A stretch of DNA of 63,854 nt, the filler included, from Bigelowiella natans CCMP2755 (lineage: Eukaryota; Protista; Cercozoa): NCBI GenBank assembly GCA_000320545.1. It is 4 parts of 4 records of this genome, joined end to end, with 100 filler letters (N's around TTAATTAATTAA, not from the genome) between each part and the next. Parts side by side here need not be neighbours in the genome. Positions count along the whole stretch, not along the records: positions 45,050 to 62,580 come from ADNK01000434.1; positions 62,681 to 63,854 come from ADNK01003326.1; 2 more parts are not named here. The stretch is one strand, 5' to 3'. Of this stretch, positions 53,572-63,854 are shown in pieces. Under the pieces are notes generated by a model. The model worked only from the letters and a program-made list of their open reading frames with translations, was not told the DNA's origin and did not search any database. A program made the position numbers and the translations under genes. Position 1 is the first letter of the stretch. Every line of letters starts with the position of its first letter.

Positions 53572-54817
53572 TATAGCAGTAGTAGAGTAGCAGTAAGTCG
53601 ACGAAGGGTGCAAATTCAGTATTAATGGCAACGACGATGGTGATGACAATGAGACGACGATGTGTCATCGTGCCCCTGGCCCGCTCCCCCCCCCTCTATT
53701 CTCAGTCGCTAAAAAACGATTTTGTATTCACTACGGAGATAACCTGTGTCCGAAAATATACGGTTGATCGATCGAGCTTCACGCTGAGTCGTCGATGTGT
53801 CAACATACATACAGGCGCCGCCAAGTTCCTTGAGTTCCTGCAAGTTGACGCGCTGGTGCAGCACTTGGCCTACTTCCTGCTCGATAAGCTCGTGGCCAAC
53901 ATCCTCCCACATGTACGTACGTATGTGTAAACCATGAAAGCCTGGCGGTTTATGGGATGATCAATCACAACAAACTACAAGTGCCAGTAGCAGTAGTAGC
54001 ATGGCAGTAGTGGCAGTGGTAGTGGTGAGAATTCTTATCATCCATCGTCACAACAAAAATATAGCGACGATGACGATTGGAGAGGAGCTATTGGGGGAGG
54101 AAGAGGAGGAGGAGGAGGAGGAGGAGGGAAACACACTCTTCCTAACTAAAATTACAACTTTAAAGCCCCGATTGACTCGTGTCACGCTGCTCACCCCTTC
54201 TAACCCCCCCCCCCCCCCCCATATCAAACAGACGAAAGCGGGCATCGAGAAGTCCCACGTTGAGCTAGCGAATTTCATCAAAAAAAGACAAGTGGAGACA
54301 AAACGCAGGGCGGAGAAGATGCGAGCACAGGTGCTTGCACGAACGCCTGTATATGTATATAAATATATACAGAATATGGTCCACAGTTGTTTTGGCGGTC
54401 GTTGTTAATTCATCGTGATGTGTTTTTGAATTCAAACTGTCCAAAGCATAGCCTCTAGCATGTTCCTAATAGTAGTAGTAGCAGTAGTAGTAGTAGCAGT
54501 AGTAGTAGTAGCGTTACGATAATTCTCTTATAACCTGTTGCTCTCCCCCCCCCCCTTCCCCCTTTTTTTTTTCTTATTTGGATTCTTTGACTTGATTACC
54601 GCTTTGGAATTGGCAATGATTCTATTGATGCCCTTCTTCCGTATCCTGCATCGTCGTCGTCATTTTTTTTTATTACGTGTGTATCTAATCATGAATTTGC
54701 ATGTTCATCACATGCACCATGCTTGCTCGCTGTTGGCTGTGTTGTCGTCGTCCTCGTTTTGAAGATCGAGTTTTTCATGAAGCCCAAACAGTAGTATGTA
54801 TGACTTCGTAGAGATGG

Positions 54818-54855
<38 letters not shown>

Positions 54856-55290
54856 CATTATCAAAAACTCACATTCAATATTCAAAACCACCAGATGGCA
54901 CTAGAAATACAGCAGCACGCACAGAGATTCCGACAGCGACAGGTGTGATAGTAATCGCAGTAGTAGTAGCAGCAGAGTGGTAGGGAAGGCAATGCTAATA
55001 CGACCAATTCCATCCTGCGACAAGGGGAAATGATCCAATCTTATAAATATTTTATTGGGATGACATTCCTTTGCACGCGATACAAGACATAATCGACCTT
55101 ACGTCTCATTCTTGTGCTTTTACTACGTTAGCTATTGGCCTTAAGTGTTGTACTTTTGCCTCTTTTATTTCATCGTCTTTAAAAGGGCTCAAGAACGGGT
55201 ATCATTGTCGGTGCGGGAGCAGCAGGAGCAGCTTCGATTGAAGAGAGCGATGGGACTAGCAATAATGATGACGGCTGTGTTAAAATCTGA
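42178..55290 (+). CDS. Sorting nexin of the PXA-PX-Nexin_C class (SNX13/14/19/25, Mdm1-like); spans an assembly gap
   Basis: PXA: WYDPISSDPVFLNDIRHVF...LVREILACKVLDPVMWYANSDFINSKI. PX: IRYKIHC...WEVEKRYNEFNELN...FPRKSLL...FILQRKTQLQEYL. Nexin_C: IDEIFEL...WLRKQVV...LMWPEG...FLEFLQVDALVQHLAYFLLDKLVANILP. Exons before the gap (42178-44949) are on the same strand but could be a separate gene. Confidence 0.85.
44950..45049. other. Assembly gap with six-frame-stop linker
   Basis: N run with central TTAATTAATTAA. Confidence 0.97.
51151..51228. repeat. Imperfect 39-bp tandem duplication in an intron
   Basis: CCCATGCAGAATATGCAATTGAATAGGAGATAGATCATC followed by CCCATGTAGAATGTGCAATTGAATATGAGATAGATCGTC. 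Confidence 0.85.
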
Positions 55291-55479
55291 TGTGAATAAT
55301 ACACACAAGTGCTTTGAAGAAGCATTGCAAGTTTTTTGCCGCCGTGTGATTCGAAGAAGCACATATAAGCTGTATATAATAGCGTGTTGTGCATGTCAGT
55401 TGGACTGTATATTTTAGTAGTTTATTGCAATGTCGATCGATTTAGACTTATATTTGATCTACATGTCATCATTATTATG

Positions 55480-55850
55480 ACGCTAGCAGCCGCATAGATT
55501 GTTTGTAGTATTACTGACCGCAATGGCATAGCAAGTGTAATGATGCATGTACGCGCGCGTGCACGAACGTACAACATAGTGAATGCGTGCCCTAGAGCCT
55601 ACAGGCCCTTGCTGGTGTAGAGAACATTTGTGTTCAAGGGTTGTACGCCTAGAGCCTATAGGCTCTTAAGTGCGTGGGCGTGTATGCATGCTGTGTAGTG
55701 ACACGATCATGAACATTGCAACATCCCTGCTGTATCTACCAACATTGACATGTGCATTTTTTGTGCTGAGAAATACTAATCATTGATGACGACACATACA
55801 GACATTTGCGCTAATTTTTTTGGACACATAGCGTATATCTATATCTATTG
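55480..55850. other. Palindrome-rich, RY-alternating tract 6 (convergent junction sorting nexin/WD40)
   Basis: Contains ATGCATGTACGCGCGCGTGCACG and TATGCATGC, plus the AGAGCCTATAGGCTCT palindrome. Confidence 0.72.
55591..55666. repeat. Relative of the 39754-39948 element: two copies of the palindromic core
   Basis: CCTAGAGCCTACAGGCCCT at 55591, and the perfect 16-bp palindrome AGAGCCTATAGGCTCT at 55651-55666. The latter is preceded by AGAGAACATTTGTG...TGTACGC, as at 39894-39924. Confidence 0.72.
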
Positions 55851-55920
55851 ATGAGCCTACGTCGTCATGCCGGCCTCAAAGGCTTGCTCGTTGTTACGAT
55901 TGGCGTGCTTCATTGACCTT

Positions 55921-57013
55921 TCAATCCATTCTGAACGCGTCCTCCAAGGCTTTATCTAATTGCTCAACGGCAAAAACGTGCGACGGGCTCTCCATTTTGT
56001 GGCGCTGCAACATTTCGTCCAACGACGACATAGATGGGGATCGAGCGGATTTTCGCCTAGCAAAAATGGAGAGTATATTCATTACGGTATGGAAGAGGAG
56101 TTAGAAGACAGATGATATGATCGTCACGCTTTGATCGTAGAAGAAAAATCCACAACCACGAGAAGGAGCATATATGCGACGGTGCTGTCAAGGAGGAGAA
56201 AACATGCTGGCGCACCTCTGGTTCTTGCTTTTTGCCTTCTTTAGATCAAGTCGCGGCGAGAGTTCCGCCTCTACATAGCGCACGCCGTCGACTTGGACCA
56301 TTTTCCTTTCCGTTTTTTTTTCTAGTATCTCCTGTGGGTCGAGGCTCGTTGTGCTGGAGAGGAGGCACTTCTCCAAGATCCTCGATAGGTATCTGTGATG
56401 ATGAATGATGAAAAATTGATTCGATAGCAAAGTCTATGACACTGTGGATGCAAGCGTAAATTGATCTCAACATGCGTGCGTGAGTATTCCGTACGGTTTT
56501 GATTTGAGAGGCGACTTGTTCCGATCCTTCAGCGTCCGAAGCGCGTCGCTGCCCCCTCCCATCTTCGCAGCCCGATTCTTGGAGCCCTTTCGTAACTCCA
56601 CCGCTGTCGTGGTTGAGGCAAAACTATCATTGGCTCGCTGTAAGCCCCCATGGCGACCCTTCACCGCAGCCTTAGAATCGTGATCGGACAACTTGACATC
56701 TGCGTTGGTGAGGAAGGTCGCGTCCCCGGGTACCTGAAAGTGGAACCGAATAGCCAAGGATATGAGTGAGAGGAGGGAGGGGTAGGTAATACACGAGGAC
56801 AAAGAAAGCTGTGTCATCAGTACCGGTGAGACTGGGCGTGACCCCAATTCGCCGTTCAACTTCTTCCGTTGGAACTCAGCGCGTGCATCCATTTCCGCGA
56901 CGACGTTCTCAAGCTGCTGCCTCTCCGATGTCTGCCGCATGTTGAGGTCGATGTCAAGGGCCCACTCCACGCGCGCACCTGTTGTTTTGAGCAGGAGAAC
57001 GTCAATTTCATAT

Positions 57014-57053
<40 letters not shown>

Positions 57054-57641
57054 TAGTAGGGAAAGAATTACAGGGATTTATCGAATATTACCTGGCTCTG
57101 CCGTCTCGCCGCGGATGAGTCCTACGAGCACACCTTTGCCGTCAAATATACAGACACGCCCGTCCGACCCCCACGTGAGTAGATGTCCCTGTGCTTTCTC
57201 GGATGGCCTGAAGGTATCAATGCCTAAAACGACCGCGCGCTTGTGCGCTAAGAATGCTTTTTGCGGCTTCACGCTAGGGTCAAACTTGTCTTCGACACAG
57301 GGCGGCGTGGAAACACCTGTTGTTGAGTGGTAATCGAGGGGGGGGAGGGGGGGAGGGAGAACCAATGCGTACAATAGTGAGAGTCTATTGAGGAACTAGG
57401 CTTTGGGATATAATGATGATGATGATGATGATGATGATGGTGATTATGATGGTGATGAAGCAGAAGTGTATATTCCTCTCCTACCATCCGCATTCTCGTC
57501 CTCCGTGGGCGAAACTGAGCGCTTCGCTGAGAGAAACGTGGCCACAGCCCATTTCTTCACAAATCTGATGGCATGAGGAGGAGGAGGAGGAGGAGTAGGA
57601 GGACAATTAGGGAGATGTGGTGATCCTGACGCAAGGCTGTG

Positions 57642-57712
<71 letters not shown>

Positions 57713-57851
57713 GTATCGCTCTCTTTCAGTAAATAGATAATCTAGTCACCCATCGGTGTCGCCGGTATAAACGCTCCTCGTAGCCGAATCGTACGCCATG
57801 CACAGCACGGGAGATGTGCCCTCCTCTTCGTTTCCATGCTGGGGTATGCAT

Positions 57852-57890
<39 letters not shown>

Positions 57891-58891
57891 TGTAAATCTT
57901 GCCTACATATGCGTAAATAATAGGGGCAGGAGGGCAAAACATCCTCAAATATTCTTCCTAGTAGGCCCCGAAGCAAGCAACAATACACCGCTCTACCGTC
58001 AAAATGATTGGGACTGTTCTACGCAAAATACGCCCTTTTCTATTTGCATGTGCGCATTCTGTGTATACTTATTCTCTACAAAACACGCGTGCACACAACG
58101 TTATCATCGCTATCATCGTCATCATCATCATCATCATTAGCAGCAGCAGGAGGAGGAGGAGGAGGAGGTGTTGCAAACATCGCTTAACCAGGTCGGTCTT
58201 CGAGTTTGTCCAGTAGCACACGAGGAAACCTTTTTCGAGAGAACGCACAGTTGCATCAGGATATCCATGATAACAGGCGTTACGAAACCAACTCTCATAC
58301 AATATTCTACATTTATAATAAATATAAATATGACATGCATGTTATTCTAAGATACATCTGATGAGAGACGACACACCAAGCGAAGATTCATGTGTATGGA
58401 TTAATTTTGAGCACCATAAAGGTAGACGGAAGTCAACAAGAGGAAATTGTGTATCATGTGAAGATTTTGAATGCTAAATCTCGTCTTCTCACCAATTTTT
58501 GGATCCCACAGGCTGAGGTTCCCAGTTTGATCGGCAATGAACAACGTGCTGAAGAAGGGTGGTGAGATACAGTTAAAGAATAGTGCGAATGCATATATTC
58601 TTATTATATGTTTACATAATATAAATTACATTAGAGGTAGCAGAAGGGGGCAATCCAATGTCTTATACCCGCGCCCATAACATAATACATATATGTATAT
58701 ATATGTATATACACACACACACACACATATTTATATTTCATTTATATAAATACCCGGTCTCGCCGAGGAATGACAAGCAGGTTATCGGGCGTCCTTTGCC
58801 TGTTGCAAAATAGATTTACATTTTCGCGGGTGGATACACTACAGTAGTAATGGTTGATACAGCTCCAATCATCATCATCATAATCATAGCT

Positions 58892-58928
<37 letters not shown>

Positions 58929-60039
58929 TCTCTCTCTCTAGCATCGACCACCAACACAACGACGGAACTCAAAAACAGCACTATCACCTATGGACTCGTA
59001 GTTGAGCTTCATTTTGAAGTGCAACCCATCGTCGTAGACGCATGCGGTGCCGTCCGCAGACCCCGAAACGATCATCTGGATGGACTTCGATGCGGTGATT
59101 TCCTGCATAGTGGTGGTGGTAGTGGGGGGGGAGGGGGGGGGGAGCAGAGAAGCAAGAGGGGATGATGAAGGTCTGGACAAACTATAACTAGGTGCTGCCT
59201 ACTTCGTTTGGCACCGAAGATACACATATGTACGTCAAGAAACAGGATTGCGTAATGTGTTGTAGGATGAGAGAAAAGTACTACTGCTACATCTGCTACT
59301 GCTGGTCCTCACCACTATATCCTGCTCGTGCTTCTTCATGTGTCGTAGTGTTGACCTCTTCACCTGCCAATCGGTCGATCACATGCAAGAGTTTTGGTAA
59401 ATGATATTGCTGCGACGAGGAGGAGGAGGAGGAGGAGGAGGAGGAGGAGGAGGAGGAGGGGAGGAGGAGCACGCACGTTTTTCTTGTCGAGGTGCTTCTT
59501 CACGTGCATGTCCCACGACCCAGAAAGCACCACGGTTTGCCTGAGGGATTTGTAATAGCTATTATCGTGAGAATCCTCACAGTGAGAGCGAGGTGTGTTA
59601 GTGCTAGATGTGCCACTAAGACGCAAGAGCACGATTGGCGGGAGAGGGGTGCTGTGGCGTGTACTATTATTTCTGGCCGATCTGGCGACATGTAGGAGCG
59701 CTCTCTGAGTTTCCTACTGGCTACAATGATTTGATTGATTACCCGTCGAGGACGGTGTGCACCAGAGATGAGACCTCCGACTCATGGCTGTCCAAATCTC
59801 GCATCACGGCGCCATTCGAGTAGTTGATTATCCGTATGTCGCCTATGGAACAAAACCAAAATTCCAAAATACATGCCGGTGATTACGAGCAGCGGTGAAG
59901 CTGAAATGGAAAATGAAAAAGTCGTCGAAGTGTGGTGTAGCGGAACTACGCGAGAGAGGATAATTTGACGGTCAGCTATACTCCCTCGACCGTATTCGAT
60001 CAGGCTATATTGTCTTCTATCTTCTACGTTATTTCACGA

Positions 60040-60083
<44 letters not shown>

Positions 60084-60815
60084 TTGTTGTTGTTGTTGTT
60101 GTTGAAGGGAAAAAGCATTGACGAATGCCAGTATGATGTCTACCCTGATGATCACCAACAAAAATCCGTCGCATGCTCGCGTCGATACAAGCGCAGGTAA
60201 CCGGGGAACAGGATCTTGTCACTTGGAAGTACGTGCGGTCTAGTTCACCCGTCAGAGCGTCCTGTAGGTGGATTACATATCCGTAAGTTTACTCTCCTCT
60301 CCCTCTCTCTCTCCGACCCCCCCCCCCTCCCCCCAACTCTTATTATCTTCCTATGCTGCATTAGTGTTTCTTCTTCTTCTTCTTCTTCTTCTTCTTCTTT
60401 TCCTTCTTTCCCCACCCAGATCTTAATGGTGGAGTTCTCGATGGTGACGAAGGTGAGATTGGAGCTGTTGAACATGGCGAAAACGAGCGGTGTCTTGGCC
60501 ATATTCGGTTTCGCTATCTCGTTCGAAGCGTACCTAGAGACAAGATGGATCAGCTCCGCATTTAACTATTCTCCCCCTCTTTCTTTACATGCCTAACAAA
60601 ATGGTGCTCTTGCATCTATTGCAGTCCAATTATTACTGGTGTATATGCTTGTCTGCAGCGAGAATCAGGCCCTTTGTATGATCGCACGTGAAGGCCGTTA
60701 GCTGCCCATTCATCCGAAGCAGCTGAAACTTCTGTATGCAAGCGAAGTTCTTGGCAGAGAACACCTTGAAGTCGCCGTAGTTGCCTAGCAATGATACACG
60801 CAGGCACACGCACGG

Positions 60816-60850
<35 letters not shown>

Positions 60851-60991
60851 CACAGCGTTAGCAGATTGCCCGAACATATTACTGTTTCGAGTGCTTTCAT
60901 TCGGGTGTTCCATGCTGGTTTAATGCTATTGAAAGTGGTTACCGCAAAAGATAATGCCGATCCTTTCTCACCCTCTCCCTTTCTGTTCCAA

Positions 60992-61046
<55 letters not shown>

Positions 61047-63008
61047 ACCCCGGTGTGTTCGGGTGTGCTACTAGATGCAACATGTCTTCTCAAAAGAGGA
61101 ATGAATGGCTCTCCCCTTACTTGCGCAAATGATCTCGTCGCCGTGCCCCATGTCAATGCCTACAGTCCTCGTGTGTGACTCACCAACCTAACAAACAGAG
61201 ATATAATAAAACTAGGAATCCAAGCTGCAGCGCCCGCAGCTTTCGAAAGAAACTCCGCACACCGCTATAGGCAACAATGCCAACGCAGGACAGAAAAGAA
61301 GGAGGTGGGCGGGTTGGAAGAAGGGGGGGGGGGAGCGCGGTAGAACGATGGAGCACATCACCTTAAGTTTCGCAACGATGTGTTTTGAGGCCAAATCCCA
61401 GATCCATACATAGTTGGTTGTATCCTGAAGCGATGATAGATAAAAGAAACACGTCGAAGATGAATAACTACAGGAGGCAGCCCGTTCAAAGACGAAATTC
61501 GAAACAAAAACGATATATCTCTCCCACCCCCCCCAAGAACATGCTTTGTACAAGCAAACGACTGCTCCGGTAACATAAGAGTAGCCAACAGTCAATCCAT
61601 CGTGAGGAATAGCTTAATTGGCAGTGCTGGTGAGTCTTCTCTCACCGTTGTGCCTAGAAAGCCGTGCAGCTTCGAATACGCTAGGAGCGCGAGACCTTCA
61701 TTCTTCTCCTTGTTGCGGAGAACGGGCCCCTCTTTCATGTTGTGTGTGTCCCACAATCGTATCGTGCCTGGAAGAAGGGAGGGGGGAGCAGGAGGAAGAT
61801 ACAAATGGATGAGTGGGTGAGGCAAAGATCGATGTAATTTGTTAGAATTCTTGTGATTGTGTGTGTGTGTGTGCTCTCCTACCATCTTGCGAGCACGTGG
61901 CCAGTGTGTAATCGCCTTGATCTTTCAAACCGACCTGCAGTATCCCAACGACAGCAACAACGCACAGATCGTAAGACATCATAGTGATAATAGTGGCCTT
62001 GATGATGATGATGATGATAATAGTCGCCTTCACAACGATTAATTGACGGTTATTTGGAGTAGGATAAGAGCTGAAATAAAACATAGGCCTGCGCGCATAT
62101 ATTTACAATTACATATCTATGTATTAATACAAATACAAATGCATACTGACACACCGATCAAAACCGATTCCATCGCACAACTCTTACATTCAATTTCGGT
62201 CTCAACCAGTCCTTTCTCTCCCTCCTAACCACTCTCGTTCCTTCTAGCTCAGCAGTACCATATCGAGGACAGCCTTGTAGTGGCAATGAAACTGATGCAA
62301 TAACCGACCCCTGTCCATATTCCATAGAAATATTTTGCCGCTAGTGTCCGAAGAGGCCATCTGAGTGTGGTAGAGTAGTGATTTCTTGTATTGTATTTAT
62401 AACCCACACAGGCAGCACCGAAGAACAAAGACTACCGCATCCTTTGTTCGGCTGCATTGTAAGCGACGAATTCGTACATTGCATACCCGTCATTTTGTAT
62501 TGCAATTCTATGAAAGGCGAATATGGCGATGATGACACTGGCAGTCATCTTTAGTCTCTCCCGTTCTCCCTCCCCCCCCCNNNNNNNNNNNNNNNNNNNN
62601 NNNNNNNNNNNNNNNNNNNNNNNNTTAATTAATTAANNNNNNNNNNNNNNNNNNNNNNNNNNNNNNNNNNNNNNNNNNNNTGCTTCCGAAGACCACTACT
62701 ACTACTATAACTGCTGCTGCTGCTGCTCACATTTACCTGACTGCTGCTTCTGCAGTTGTTGCCTCTTGGAACCGCTGTGTAGTATCATGCGCACAAGGTA
62801 AAAGTATGGTGTGTGTTTTTGCTGCTGCTGCTGCTGCTGCTGCTGGGCTGTTGTTAGTGGGAAGTGCGGCATGTGGATTAGCAGCGACTATGAGATGGAC
62901 GACGTACATCAGTTCAAAGCTCGCGCTTGTTCCTTCTCTCTGCGCCTTTGCAACCTGGAAGGGTGATAAATGGTTTTTCCCGCAATTTATACGCGACTGA
63001 CTATCACA

Positions 63009-63077
<69 letters not shown>

Positions 63078-63235
63078 GTGCGCGTGCGCATGTACGTGTA
63101 CATGTACATGCACACGCACATGCACACGCACATGCACACGCACGCGCTGCTAAAGCTTCCACGACGTCACTTACTGACCGCGTTGAACAAGTCACGACTC
63201 CTCTGGTAGCTATCTGCACCAACCTTTCGAATGTA

Positions 63236-63293
<58 letters not shown>

Positions 63294-63854
63294 TAATTAA
63301 TATGTGCGTGCGTGAGTGTGTGTGCGTGTGTGTCTGTGTGTGTTCTGTTTGGACATCATCGCTACCGGCGCTCCAGATGGTCGAATTGAGGCATGACATG
63401 TTCTTTATCTGATGGGCCAATGAGTGAGTTAAGAGGGTGGTGATGAAGACAATGACGGCGACGAAGGTTACGGAAACACCCTTCTTGCCCTCCCCAAACA
63501 GTGTGTGCAGGTGTGCTGCATAAAATCATAGAGCTTCCTTGCTAATGGACCCTCTTACCCGAGAGGAGCTTTTTAAGCTTGCGTTTTTTGCGCAGCTCAG
63601 ATACTTTCCTGAAATAAAAGAATGAGTCGTATGGCAAAGGTGATTCACACGTGGCCATTTCTCACGAAGCCCGCCCCCCTCTCTTTCATTCCCGGGTAAA
63701 GAAAACTCCCTATGCACGGTATCGGCACAATGGCAAAAAATGGCAAAAAAATCCGGGAGGGGGCGGGACGGAGATGGTTCTGACTTTTCTGCGTCTCGAA
63801 TCCGCTTGACGGCCTTCTTGCTCTTGGGGGCGGAGAGGATGGGGCAGGTTCCCG
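55921..63854 (-). CDS. Large WD40-repeat protein, possibly WDR49/WDR64/WDY-like; 5' end unresolved (gap and window edge)
   Basis: Exons: LATCSQDGTIRLWD, YVWIWDLASK, NSTIKIWDALTG, VTCACIDASMRRIFVGDHQGDIRIINYSNGAVM, VLSGSWD, IVSGSADGTACVYD, LLTWGSDGRVCIFD; last exon ...DKALEDAFRMD*. The subfamily call is from memory. Confidence 0.8.
62581..62680. other. Assembly gap with six-frame-stop linker
   Basis: N run with central TTAATTAATTAA. Confidence 0.97.

Overview
Intron-rich eukaryotic nuclear DNA from a flagellated protist. A chlorarachniophyte/rhizarian origin is my guess only; the sequence does not establish it. The window is scaffolded from four contigs joined by N-TTAATTAATTAA-N linkers. Most ORF-track entries are microsatellite noise. 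By hand-splicing exons I find 13 multi-exon host genes: MATE transporter (-), PPR protein (+), atypical small GTPase (-), PH-domain protein (+), unknown (-), LRR protein (+), ER cyclophilin (-), TLC-domain protein (+), SPAG16/PF20 (-), CCDC148 (+), small signal-anchored orphan (-), PXA-PX-Nexin_C sorting nexin (+) and a WD40 protein (-). There is also the 5' end of an LTR retrotransposon (LTR, PBS, gag). The main unexplained structure is architectural. Gene orientation switches at all 12 junctions. All six tail-to-tail junctions carry a 0.4-0.7 kb non-microsatellite tract depleted of AA/TT, CC/GG and GA/TC and packed with short palindromes (TGCA, GCTAGC, CGTACG); no head-to-head spacer does. 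Two tracts share a palindromic element (core AGAGCC(C)TATA(A)GGCT), and a third abuts the LTR. CDS coordinates are gene spans including introns; exon structures were inferred by eye without transcript data.
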